DNA of 64,000 bases from an uncultured delta proteobacterium (GTDB lineage Bacteria; Myxococcota_A; Polyangia; Fen-1088), in contig CAVWIP010000008.1 of the NCBI GenBank assembly GCA_963755125.1, positions 384,001 through 448,000 of the forward strand, written 5' to 3'. The position numbers and the translations under genes were made by a program. Under the pieces are notes generated by a model that had not been told where the DNA came from, made no database searches, and saw only the letters and a list, made by a program, of their open reading frames with translations. Below are positions 30,025 to 39,423 of this stretch, piece by piece (the first letter of the stretch is position 1; each line of letters opens with the position of its first letter).

Positions 30025-32712
30025 GTGAAGATCCAGTTCGACGCCAGCCAGAATTTTCAGCGCCACGCCATCGATGCGGTGCTGGACCTGTTAGAGGGCC
30101 AGCCTCTCGCCAGCACCTCGGTGGAGCTGGGCCGCGAAAACATCGTGGGTACCACGCTTGCCCATCTCGGCTACGGCAACGCGCTCGCGCTTGGCCGCGA
30201 CCAGCTCTTGGCAAACGTCCAGGCCATCCAGCGGCGCAACAACCTGCCGGTCGGGGACACACTGGCTGTCACACCGTCGGGCCGTGATGATGACCCACGC
30301 GGCGGCATTCCGCACTTTTCGGTAGAGATGGAAACCGGCACCGGCAAGACATATGTCTACCTGCGCACCATCTTCGAGCTGCACCGGCGTTACGGGTTCT
30401 CCAAGTTCGTCATCGCCGTGCCCAGCGTGGCCATCCGCGAGGGCGTCAAGACAGCCATCGACCTGACTCGAGACCACTTCAGCGCAATCTACGACAATCT
30501 CCCAGTGGACACGTGGGTCTATGACGGCGAGCAGACCCATCGTATACGCCAGTTCGCCCAGAACAACCGCCTGCAGATCATGATCATCAACGTGGACGCC
30601 TTCAATAAGGCGCAAAACGTGATGTTCAAGGCGATGGACAAGCTGTCCGACCGACGTCCCATCGATTTCCTGCGCGCAACCTTCCCCATCGTCATCGTGG
30701 ACGAGCCGCAGAATTTCGAGGCTGAGAACCGTCAGAACGCCATCAAGGAGCTGTACCCGCTGTGCACGCTGCGCTATTCCGCCACCCACCGGAACCCCTA
30801 CAACCTGGTCTACCGGTTGGGTCCGGCGACGGCCTTCAACCTGCGTCTGGTCAAACGCATCGAGGTCGATTCGGTGACGGAGGAGGGCGACCAGAACCGG
30901 CCCTTCATCGCGGTCGAGAAGGTAGATGTGAAACCGTCGCTGCACGCCAAGCTGAAAATCGACGTGCAAGGTAAGGATGGCCCCAAGCGCAAGGTGGTCA
31001 CGATCAAGAAGAAGGGCATCGACCTTTTCGACCTGTCCGGCAAACGTGAGCAGTACCGCAACTACGTGGTGACCGAAATCGACGCGGGCGCTGGCTTCGT
31101 GGCCTTCGGCAACGGGGTTCGGCTGCCAGTCGGGGAAAGCCAGGGCGACCGCCGCGACGACGTGATGCGCGTGCAGATTCGCGAGACCGTTCGGGCCCAC
31201 TTCGAGCGCGAGCAAGCGCTGGCTAAGGCACTGCCAACCGGGGTGCGGATGAAGGTGCTTTCGCTGTTCTTCATCGACCGCGTGGCCAACTACGCTGACG
31301 AGGACGGAAAGCTTCGCCGGTGGTTTGTCGAGGAATACACGGCACTGGCTCGAGAGCCGCGCTTCCAGGCGCTGGCCTCGCATCCACTGGAACAGGTGCA
31401 TCGCGGGTACTTCGCGAAGGACAGGAGTGGGTTCAAGGAAAGCCGTGAGGGCCGGGACACAGCGGCCGACGATGAAGCCTACGAACTGATCATGAAGGAC
31501 AAGGAGCGACTCCTCGACCCCGACGAGCCCCTACGATTCATTTTCAGCCACTCGGCCCTGCGCGAGGGCTGGGACAATCCGAACGTCTTCCAGATCTGCA
31601 CCCTGAACGAGTCGCGGTCAGAGCTGAAGAAGCGCCAGGAGATCGGCCGTGGGCTGCGGCTGCCGGTCATGAGCACCGGCGAACGGTGCCAGAACGAGCG
31701 CCTGAACGTCCTGACCGTGGTGGCCAACGAGTCCTACCGCGAGTTCGCTGCGGGGCTGCAATCCGAGATCCTGGAGGAAACTGGCGACAGGTTGCCCACG
31801 GGAGCCATTGAAAACAAGCGCGACAGGCGCAAGCTGGGCCTGCGCGCCGACTGGCGCGAGAAGAACAGCGCCTTCGTGGCACTATGGGAGCGCATCAAGC
31901 ACAAAACACGCTACTCGGTTCGGTACGAGACGGCACGTCTCATCGAGGCCGCCTGCCTGCGGATGCGCGAGATGCCCAAGATTGCGCCGCCAAAAATCGT
32001 GGTACAGATGGCGTCGCTGGAAATCCGCGACGACGGCATCGACGAGACGGTCTTTGCGCTGCGGGACCAGGCCGTGTCCGGCCGCGACCGGGTTCCCGAC
32101 CTGTTGGGTTACCTGCAGCGGGCCACCGAGGTGACACGCAAAACCCTGGCGCGCATCCTCATCGACTCCGGGCGCATCGACGAGGCGCTGGTCAATCCAC
32201 AGGAGTTTCTCGACCAGGCCGCCCGGTGCATCAACGCCGCCAAGAATGAGCTGATCCTCGACGGCATCCAGTACCACAAGATGGAAGAGACCGACGCCTT
32301 CTGGGAGATGGAGCGGTTCGAGTTCAAGGACGGCCACGAGGAGACGCCCGAGACGTACGTGACTCGGCTTGTTTACACCGACAAGTCCGTGTACGACGCG
32401 GTGGAGGTCGAGTCCAACGTGGAACGCGAGTTCGCCGAGGCTCTGCAAGGCCGGCGAGACATCAAGTTCTTCCTCAAGCTGCCTCGCTGGTTCCAAATAA
32501 GCACACCGCTCGGTCACTACACGCCCGACTGGGCCATCGTCCTGGACCGAGACGAGAAAGAGCGTGTGTACTTCGTGCGCGAGACCAAGGGTTCGACCGA
32601 GGAAGGTGAGCTGCGTGGCGACGAGTTGGGCAAAATCCACTGTGGCAAGCGCCACTTCGACGTTCTCGGCGTCGACTTTGCCGTGGTCACGTCGGCTGAC
32701 GAGGTGAGGTAG
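30025..32712 (+). CDS. res: Type III restriction endonuclease Res subunit
   Basis: METGTGKT, DEPQ, LREGWDNPNVFQ, QEIGRGLR, YTPDW..ETKG. Confidence 0.96.
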   Translation: MKIQFDASQNFQRHAIDAVLDLLEGQPLASTSVELGRENIVGTTLAHLGYGNALALGRDQLLANVQAIQRRNNLPVGDTLAVTPSGRDDDPRGGIPHFSVEMETGTGKTYVYLRTIFELHRRYGFSKFVIAVPSVAIREGVKTAIDLTRDHFSAIYDNLPVDTWVYDGEQTHRIRQFAQNNRLQIMIINVDAFNKAQNVMFKAMDKLSDRRPIDFLRATFPIVIVDEPQNFEAENRQNAIKELYPLCTLRYSATHRNPYNLVYRLGPATAFNLRLVKRIEVDSVTEEGDQNRPFIAVEKVDVKPSLHAKLKIDVQGKDGPKRKVVTIKKKGIDLFDLSGKREQYRNYVVTEIDAGAGFVAFGNGVRLPVGESQGDRRDDVMRVQIRETVRAHFEREQALAKALPTGVRMKVLSLFFIDRVANYADEDGKLRRWFVEEYTALAREPRFQALASHPLEQVHRGYFAKDRSGFKESREGRDTAADDEAYELIMKDKERLLDPDEPLRFIFSHSALREGWDNPNVFQICTLNESRSELKKRQEIGRGLRLPVMSTGERCQNERLNVLTVVANESYREFAAGLQSEILEETGDRLPTGAIENKRDRRKLGLRADWREKNSAFVALWERIKHKTRYSVRYETARLIEAACLRMREMPKIAPPKIVVQMASLEIRDDGIDETVFALRDQAVSGRDRVPDLLGYLQRATEVTRKTLARILIDSGRIDEALVNPQEFLDQAARCINAAKNELILDGIQYHKMEETDAFWEMERFEFKDGHEETPETYVTRLVYTDKSVYDAVEVESNVEREFAEALQGRRDIKFFLKLPRWFQISTPLGHYTPDWAIVLDRDEKERVYFVRETKGSTEEGELRGDELGKIHCGKRHFDVLGVDFAVVTSADEVR

Positions 32713-32723
32713 TCACCTCGGCC

Positions 32724-33395
32724 ATGTTGGTGACACGAGACCCGACAGCGGTTCTGCGCCAGCTTCTGGCCGGACGCGAGAAGGCTGGGTGGCAAGTCCA
32801 GGACGTGGTCTACGTTCTGAAGACAGCGGCTCGCGAGATTTTACCCGCGAACAATCTGGCTGGTAAGTGTAAGCATCTGGAGTTGTTTGCTAACTGGGTG
32901 GTTCACGACAGGATCGACCGGTCGCCCTTAGGGGCTGATGCACTCGTGAAGATTGCAGAAGCCCTGTCGAAGCAGGGGACAGGCGACCGTGACATCAAGT
33001 GGCTAGAGGAAGAAGTCAATGAGGCGTTGTCGTTCGGCAATCTACGCCTCGACCTGGTGGCGTTCTGCCGTCATTTCGACTTGCCCGACTCGACCTTCAT
33101 CGCGTGGGAAGCCTGGCAGCTATTCGCCCTGGCCCTGGCTTTTGAAGTGTCGGGGCGAGAAATCAGCATCTCTGACAGGGTGAAGAATGCGCGTGCGGCC
33201 ATGGCCAACGTCCCCATGCTCGAAGAGCACCGGCCGACCGCGTTGCGCTTGGCCGTCGACCGGGAAATGCGAAAATGTTGGTGGCTGATCAAGCTTCCGG
33301 TGGCCGAGGTGCAGATGCAGGTCCTCTTCGGCGGCTTTCGAATGTCGGACTTCCCCACGCCCGTCGGATGGCGTTCACCGCTGCCGCATTCGTGA
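32724..33395 (+). CDS. Hypothetical protein within the defence cluster
   Basis: 223-aa ORF 11 bp after res; FANWVVH..IDR. Confidence 0.65.
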   Translation: MLVTRDPTAVLRQLLAGREKAGWQVQDVVYVLKTAAREILPANNLAGKCKHLELFANWVVHDRIDRSPLGADALVKIAEALSKQGTGDRDIKWLEEEVNEALSFGNLRLDLVAFCRHFDLPDSTFIAWEAWQLFALALAFEVSGREISISDRVKNARAAMANVPMLEEHRPTALRLAVDREMRKCWWLIKLPVAEVQMQVLFGGFRMSDFPTPVGWRSPLPHS

Positions 33396-33427
33396 ATCCG
33401 CTGGCAGATACCCGACGACGTGAGGAT

Positions 33428-34519
33428 CTACTCCTCCGTCCCGCCAACGACCCACCCCAGCAGCCGGGACGCGATTTCGACCCACGGCGCGGTCAGATTC
33501 AGCGTGACAATTCGAACGTGATGGCCTTGGAGGTGGAAGGGAACGTCCAATTCCAAGTCGGTCGTCGGGTAGATCAACATCCCCCGTGCCGTCCGGTAGG
33601 AATCCCCACGGCCCTCCTGCGTCCGGAGGTACGCATAGAGCTGATAGAGGTTTGCCGAGTGGAACTTGGCTTGACCGAACCGGTTTATCCCCAACGCCGA
33701 CCCGTAGAACTTCGTGTCAATGACGGTTCGTTGGTGTGGCGGTCGCCGGTCGCTGATGGTGATGTCAGTCACCATGCCGGGCATATGGTCGGTGGCCTCG
33801 GCGGTGGGCCAGCCCAGAGCTTCGCTTCGGACGTCATGTCCGTCCAGGTGGTACCGATAGAAGTTGCGAACGAATGCCTCGAACAGCTCGTTCATCTTCA
33901 TCTCGTCGCGGACCAGGGCAGTCAGGAAGGCATCACCCTCAGTCTCGCTGGGCATCTGCATCTCGTAGATCAGCTCGCAGATTTTCAAGGGGAGGCGATA
34001 CGCAAGCTCGCTTCGACCGAGCTGCAGCTGCGCGAAGTCAGCTCCGCTCACCTTGATGATGGTGACACCTTCCATTGCCTGGACGGCAGCATCCAGGTCG
34101 TGCCGGAGCTGCCCGACACGCGAGTTGTCTGCTCCAGGCGCAAGGCGCGGGTCGCGGACCAGCGCCTTCATGCTCGATCGCACGATTCTGTTCTTCAGCG
34201 TGTCCACCGACAGCTCCGGAAATCGGCACACAGCACGCCCGGCATCGAACGCCCGACGGCGCAAGCTGGCTCCGAAATCAAGCCGTCCCCGGATGCCTTG
34301 AATCTCAGCCGTGGTCTGTCGGTGCGCTCGCCCAAGTTGCTGTCGAAGAAGCTGTTGGGTGCTCTCTACAAGCACCCAGGCCAACAAGCCGAGCAAGTTT
34401 GGCGCATCCTCGGCTTTGACCCGAGCAGCGCCTCGCCAGTGCGCCATGTCCCATGCGTACAGCAGCATGAGCCACGCGTTGCGTATCGGTATCCGGCTCG
34501 GCGTCAACCCGGTGGGCAT
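33428..34519 (-). CDS. mcrC: McrC-family restriction subunit
   Basis: IPIRNAWLMLLYAWD, LFEAFVRNFY, TDI..IDTKFY, NLYQLYAY, GMLIYP. Confidence 0.93.
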   Translation of the reverse strand: MPTGLTPSRIPIRNAWLMLLYAWDMAHWRGAARVKAEDAPNLLGLLAWVLVESTQQLLRQQLGRAHRQTTAEIQGIRGRLDFGASLRRRAFDAGRAVCRFPELSVDTLKNRIVRSSMKALVRDPRLAPGADNSRVGQLRHDLDAAVQAMEGVTIIKVSGADFAQLQLGRSELAYRLPLKICELIYEMQMPSETEGDAFLTALVRDEMKMNELFEAFVRNFYRYHLDGHDVRSEALGWPTAEATDHMPGMVTDITISDRRPPHQRTVIDTKFYGSALGINRFGQAKFHSANLYQLYAYLRTQEGRGDSYRTARGMLIYPTTDLELDVPFHLQGHHVRIVTLNLTAPWVEIASRLLGWVVGGTEE

Positions 34520-34530
34520 AGCCAGGCTCG

Positions 34531-34782
34531 CTAGGGCGCAAGCAACTCATCCCGTGCGCGTGCGACCTTCTCTCGGTTGTCGTACCAGTACTCTTCCAGC
34601 AGGGGCACGATTTCTGTCTTGACGATGGCTTCGTACCAATCCTGCTTCAGTTGGGAGGCATCGTCGTGGGGCGGGCAAAAAAAGCTGTGCCCAACCTGGA
34701 AGGCGGGACCGAGCTGAGAGTCCTTTTCGATCTGTTCGTTCAGTGCGCACATTCGGCGCACGAGGTGGTCGCGGAGTGTGTC
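34531..34782 (-). pseudogene. mcrB: C-terminal fragment of McrB AAA+ GTPase
   Basis: LNEQI..LG..FQVGHSFF..EIVPLLEEYWYD; upstream portion missing. Confidence 0.88.
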
Positions 34783-35014
34783 GGAGAATGACCCAAGCGG
34801 GGATACGGAGATCTGCTGGGAACTTCTTACAGATCTCGCCAAGAACAAGGTCGAGACAATCTCAATCAGTGAGGAGCTTGAGGTACACATCCTACACCGT
34901 CCAGACAAGGAGGTTTGTCGTTGGAAACCCGCTGGGGAGGTCATCTCTCGAGCGACGTTCCGGTACACCTCACGGACCTGGAAACCCCTGGCGAAAGTGA
35001 GGAACAAAGAGTAG
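34778..35014 (+). CDS. Small hypothetical protein or fragment
   Basis: 78-aa ORF at the mcrB breakpoint. Confidence 0.35.
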   Translation: MSENDPSGDTEICWELLTDLAKNKVETISISEELEVHILHRPDKEVCRWKPAGEVISRATFRYTSRTWKPLAKVRNKE

Positions 35015-35234
35015 CTGGATGAGAGCCCCTCGGCGGTTGAGTGCACCGGTGCAGAGCACGGCCTGCAAGAATAGCCCTGGCCCGGCCATCGTATGGGGAA
35101 TGTCCGGGATGGGCAACCAGATCGAGATGGCAGGGAATGATGCAGTCTCTGATCACGCGATGATGGCAGCCCTGCCGAATTGTTCGGAATTCCAGGGCAG
35201 TCGAATCCAGGCAGGGTCGGCTGCGGGCACCTCT

Positions 35235-36161
35235 TCAGATCGAGATTTCCCGGACGTTGACCTTCTGGAAATCTGCACGCCCGATTCCAACCGCGGCGGC
35301 CTTGGCGAGCATCACCACCTCTTGCGGCTTGCGGCTGTGCAGGGTCACGCAGTACGCGTCGACGGCGACCGGATCTGTGCCGGCCACGATCTTCTGCAGC
35401 TTCAGCAAGTCGCCGGGGCCCGCAGGGCCATTGCTTCCCAGGACGACCGTGGCGTCAACCACGCACAGGTTCTGCCTGCGCAGCGTGTTCAGATCGGCGA
35501 TGCACTGTGAGAGGAAGTCCACATCCTCGTATCCGGTCTTGCCGGAGCCGTTGTGGAAAAACGCGTTTGTCTCGTGATCGAGGCCGCCCATCATGTTCTT
35601 GAGATTGCCACTCAACAGGGTTCCGACATGGTGCTTGGCGATGGGGATGTTCACCAGGACGTCCACGTCGAGCAGCTCGGGCCGGACCTTCCCCGACTTG
35701 AGTTGGACGCCTCTGGGGATCTTCGTCTCCACCGTCTTTCCCGAGCACTCCTTGATCGACTTGATAAGCTTGGCGTGAGTCTCGCAGAGCGGCGAGCCGG
35801 TCCAAAACTTGGGCGCAAGCACCGGCAGGGTGACGATTTCCTTGGCTCCGGCGTCGAGGCACATCTTGGCGACGGCGAGTGCAATTTCCATCCTGGTGTG
35901 GCTTCCCTCGAGCTTCCAGTGCGGTGGGGCATTGATGAGCAGGCCCACGCGGGTGCCCTTGACGTCAAATAGCTTCATTCCGCCGAGCGCCTCCAGCGCC
36001 TTAATCGTGCTGGCGAAGGCGTCTGTGCCCTTGACCGCGACGATGTCGGGCCTGGCCGCAGCAGCCGCGAGGGCGCGCCCGATTCCCGTGGACTCCACCA
36101 CGCCGACCGCGCCGATGGCGAGGCCAGCCTTGATGAACACGCGGCGATCCGTTTTGTGCAT
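35235..36161 (-). CDS. Tat-exported DUF362-family protein
   Basis: DRRVFIK Tat motif, VNIPIAKHH..LKNMMG, DPVAVDAY. Confidence 0.88.
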   Translation of the reverse strand: MHKTDRRVFIKAGLAIGAVGVVESTGIGRALAAAAARPDIVAVKGTDAFASTIKALEALGGMKLFDVKGTRVGLLINAPPHWKLEGSHTRMEIALAVAKMCLDAGAKEIVTLPVLAPKFWTGSPLCETHAKLIKSIKECSGKTVETKIPRGVQLKSGKVRPELLDVDVLVNIPIAKHHVGTLLSGNLKNMMGGLDHETNAFFHNGSGKTGYEDVDFLSQCIADLNTLRRQNLCVVDATVVLGSNGPAGPGDLLKLQKIVAGTDPVAVDAYCVTLHSRKPQEVVMLAKAAAVGIGRADFQKVNVREISI

Positions 36162-36645
36162 GTCGCCTCTCCTGTCGGTTTGCGGACAAGAAAGCGTAGC
36201 GGGTCCCGAAGCGGCTGCAAATGGTTTCACGGTCGCATCCACGACGAGCAAGAAGCTGGGTTGGCCGCGTGGAATAGGCCGGTGGGCTCGTCCCTGCTGG
36301 GACCGGATGCTGACAAGATCATGGGCCTGGGCAGGTGCGCACCGGAGAAGAGCAACACCATTTCCACGCCGCCACAGATCTAATGATGGACGGCTAGCCA
36401 GTTAGCTATCGCGTTGCAAATTGCTGCCGGGTCCATGAACCTGGGGCATGCACACTGGGGGTCCCATATCTAATGATCTGCCAGTACGGCTTCTCGGCGC
36501 GTTTCCGCCATGAGCAAACATGCGTCTTGAGCCTTCTTCCTGCTGCCGATCTCCCGTTTACAGTGCAACGTCTTGAAATAATTGGCACATCCGGAAGCGC
36601 TGTAAACGGTTTTTGTGTCTAACTATGCTAAATTATTACGTTTCA

Positions 36646-36702
36646 ACTAGCTTGAGGTGCTAGCGGTTAACAGCCATGGGGGTTCAAGTCCCCCTCCTCG
36701 CA
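36646..36702 (+). tRNA. 3' portion only of tRNA-Leu(GAG); likely att-site duplicate
   Basis: Anticodon arm CTAGC-TTGAGGT-GCTAG, long variable arm, T-arm GGGGG-TTCAAGT-CCCCC, TCCTCGCA; D-arm and 5' acceptor strand absent. Confidence 0.9.
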
Positions 36703-36708
36703 CTGCGG

Positions 36709-36735
36709 AACCCCTTGGAAGTAATGGGGTTTTTG
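36709..36735 (+). terminator. Hairpin with T-run after the tRNA fragment
   Basis: AACCCC..GGGGTT followed by TTTT. Confidence 0.55.
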
Positions 36736-36823
36736 ATGTCAGGCCCCAGCGGGCCTAGGCTGCCTTGGTGCCGCGTCCAAAAGTTTTGGACGGTTTTTTG
36801 GACGGATTCTTGGGCTCAAGCAG

Positions 36824-38058
36824 CCGTGGTGGCTACCTTGTTCGTCCGTCGAGAACTTCATTGATTACGCGGCCCTCCGGTAGTCAGCATGCAGACCGCC
36901 GAGCACAGATCTGATGACAATCGGCTTGCTCAGGTCGTGATGCCGAATGCCAGACGGCACGCGCTGCCCGATCCCCTGATGGGGTCGAGCCTCATTGAAG
37001 TAGACCTTGTACTCGCGAACCAGCGAATCCAGGTGCCGGTCGCCGAGCAGGATGACGTGGTCGAGCAGCTCACGCCTGCCACTGCCCACAAATCTCTCCG
37101 CGATCGCGTTCATGTTGGGGGCTCGCACTGCGATCTTGATCACCTTCGTCCCACCGCCCTTCGCCACATGGTCGAACGCGGAGCCGAACTTGTCGTCACG
37201 GTCGCGCAGGAGGAAACGCGGAGCATCGCCGTCCATGGTCGCATTCCGCAGTTGTTGTGCCGTCCACTCCTGCGTGGGATTCCGGCTGGCGGCAACGTGG
37301 ACCACTCGTCTCGACGCGAGGTGGACGATGAAGAATGCGTACACTTGGCGGAAGAAGATGTCGTAGGTCTGCACGAAGTCGCACGTCCAGATGTCCTCGG
37401 CATGATTTCTCAGGAACGTCGCCCAGGTCTGTCCACCTCCCCTGCTGCGGACCCCGCGCATGTACTTCTGGATCGTGCGCTTGCACACCTTGATACCGAG
37501 CTTGAGCAACTCTCCTTGGATGCGCTCGGCTCCCCAGAGACGGACTCGGCGGGCCATGTCGCGAATCAAGTCGATGGTTTCCTTCGCCAGCGGTGATCCT
37601 CGTCGCGGACGAGATCGGAGCCGCCAGAAGAGGCGGAAACCGGCTCGGTGCCAGCGGAGAAGGGTATCTGGCTGCACGATGGCAATGGCCTGGCGCCACG
37701 CCGGGAGCAACGAGGCGCCCAGGAGGAGTTTGAGCCTGTCGGTCACCCCGAGCCTGGGACGCTTCTTGCCTCGACGAAGGATGTTGATCTGGTGTCGCAG
37801 CACTGCGTTCTCGATGATCAGGTCACGTCGGGAGCGGCTCACGTCGACAGCCATGCCCATGATTTGGCTGCCGCAGGAGCGTGGGCGGAGACTATTCCAG
37901 ATCCGTTGGGCGGCGTGTCGAATCCAATCTGCGATTTGAGAGAGGAGGAGTGACGCCATTTTCCTCTTCAACCACGAAAAAAATATGACCAGTCGAGCTG
38001 CCCGTTGTCCCGGATTTCAGCTATCATCTCGCGCGGATGCGATCTGTAGCCACCACGG
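36824..38058 (-). mobile_element. Unclassified rve-type IS (1235 bp)
   Basis: 13-bp perfect terminal inverted repeats CCGTGGTGGCTAC (36824-36836 and 38046-38058), extending imperfectly to ~25 bp; no target duplication seen. Confidence 0.85.
36865..37971 (-). CDS. Integrase-core (rve) DDE transposase
   Basis: WGAERIQGEL, TCDF, LLRDRD, NAIAERF, RPHQG, GGLHADYRRAA. Confidence 0.93.
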   Translation of the reverse strand: MKRKMASLLLSQIADWIRHAAQRIWNSLRPRSCGSQIMGMAVDVSRSRRDLIIENAVLRHQINILRRGKKRPRLGVTDRLKLLLGASLLPAWRQAIAIVQPDTLLRWHRAGFRLFWRLRSRPRRGSPLAKETIDLIRDMARRVRLWGAERIQGELLKLGIKVCKRTIQKYMRGVRSRGGGQTWATFLRNHAEDIWTCDFVQTYDIFFRQVYAFFIVHLASRRVVHVAASRNPTQEWTAQQLRNATMDGDAPRFLLRDRDDKFGSAFDHVAKGGGTKVIKIAVRAPNMNAIAERFVGSGRRELLDHVILLGDRHLDSLVREYKVYFNEARPHQGIGQRVPSGIRHHDLSKPIVIRSVLGGLHADYRRAA

Positions 38059-38258
38059 GTAGACCTGCCGGCGCAACTGGCAGCGGCCCGGAGCAAGGCG
38101 CGGGAAGAGCGTCTTACAGCGAACCGGGCCATGTCCTGCAACCAATGCATCGGTCAGCAAGCCAGCCTTCCCGAATCGCTAATTCCTCCATGATTTCAGC
38201 GCTGACGCTGTTGCGTACGCTTTTCTACGCAAGGTCTTCGCACACAGATGGGCTTGGA

Positions 38259-38939
38259 TTATGGAGTACACACTCCGGCTGTGCAGGTCGATGTCGTGGA
38301 ACTGGCCGCGGCATAGCTGCTGGTGTCACAGCTGGAATTGAGAATGACCGGCTGCCCACCCGTGCAGGTAATTGTGACGGCATTGGTTGTGCTGTCCACC
38401 GTGCCGGTTCCGATGGTGCTGCCCGAGGCGTTCTTGAACGTCATTGTAATCGGACCACCGCTTCCTGCGGCTGAGATCCCGGCGACGTCGACCGAGTAGC
38501 AGGTCGAGTTACCTTTCTCGTAGGTCAAGGTCACCGTCACCGAGCCCGTCGTTGTGTTGACGTTGACGGATTCGATCTCCTTGACCCCATTCGAGTAGCA
38601 GGTGTTGGTCGCGAAGGTGGTCGTATCCGTCTGAGACACGCAACTCCCCGATGGCACACAAGTCGTGGCCAGGCTAGCTAGGCAGCTCGGGTAGTTACAG
38701 CTTCCCGCACTTCCACCGATGCCTCCTGCCCCGCTGCCGCCGCCGGCCACACCGCCACCTCCCGCGCCTCCGGTACCCGCGATGGGGCCGGCCATGGTAG
38801 TACCGCCTCCACCTCCCGCACCGGCGACCGGGCCTTGCTGCGCGCCCCCGCCACCATCGGTGCTAGCGGTGCTGTTGCCGCCGCAGCCTACTGTCAGTGC
38901 CAATATCTCAAATGCCAAGAATATTCCTAATGTACGCAT
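38259..38939 (-). CDS. Gly-rich-linker, Cys-containing lipoprotein
   Basis: TVGC lipobox, GGA linker. Confidence 0.8.
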   Translation of the reverse strand: MRTLGIFLAFEILALTVGCGGNSTASTDGGGGAQQGPVAGAGGGGGTTMAGPIAGTGGAGGGGVAGGGSGAGGIGGSAGSCNYPSCLASLATTCVPSGSCVSQTDTTTFATNTCYSNGVKEIESVNVNTTTGSVTVTLTYEKGNSTCYSVDVAGISAAGSGGPITMTFKNASGSTIGTGTVDSTTNAVTITCTGGQPVILNSSCDTSSYAAASSTTSTCTAGVCTP

Positions 38940-39123
38940 GTCGTCTCCTTCGCAATCAGGTACCTACACAGCCGGCCTCTCGCCCTCCCGGAGGCACTGT
39001 ACGGATCAACTCTCGACCGACCAGCCACTTCATCCTCGCACGACAGGTCCGACGCTGAAGGAGCCGGCATTGGCCCGCTCCTCGCGACCGCCATGGCTCA
39101 TAGTCCACTCCGTCCATGCGCCT

Positions 39124-39423
39124 TCACGCCCGCAGAATCCGATCCAGGCGCAGAAGTTTGAAGATCGCCAACGGTTGATCACACAAGCCGCAAACGTTCA
39201 CCACGCCGCCGTATTCCTTGGCCTTCTTGTACAGGAACACCAACCCGCCCACGCCCATGCCGTCGATGAGACGCAAGCCCGACAGATCGACGACGATGCG
39301 CGATTGCCGTTCAGCGACCAGAGCGTCGACGGACGGGCGAAAATCCGGCATGGTGAGCGCGTCCAACTCGCCCACGATCCGAAGCGTAGCAACGCCACCC
39401 GCAATGCTCGTCGAGAAGTCCAT
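39124..39423 (-). CDS. STAS anti-sigma-factor antagonist
   Basis: GELDALT..VVDLSGLRLIDGMGVGGLV (canonical phospho-Ser replaced). Confidence 0.88.
   Translation of the reverse strand: MDFSTSIAGGVATLRIVGELDALTMPDFRPSVDALVAERQSRIVVDLSGLRLIDGMGVGGLVFLYKKAKEYGGVVNVCGLCDQPLAIFKLLRLDRILRA

Noticed and set aside
30091..34534. Long antisense ORFs (e.g. 30091-31401, 33275-34534)
   Set aside because: Shadow frames of GC-rich genes with clear motifs on the opposite strand.
36646..36702. Functional tRNA-Leu
   Set aside because: The 5' acceptor strand and D-arm are missing.
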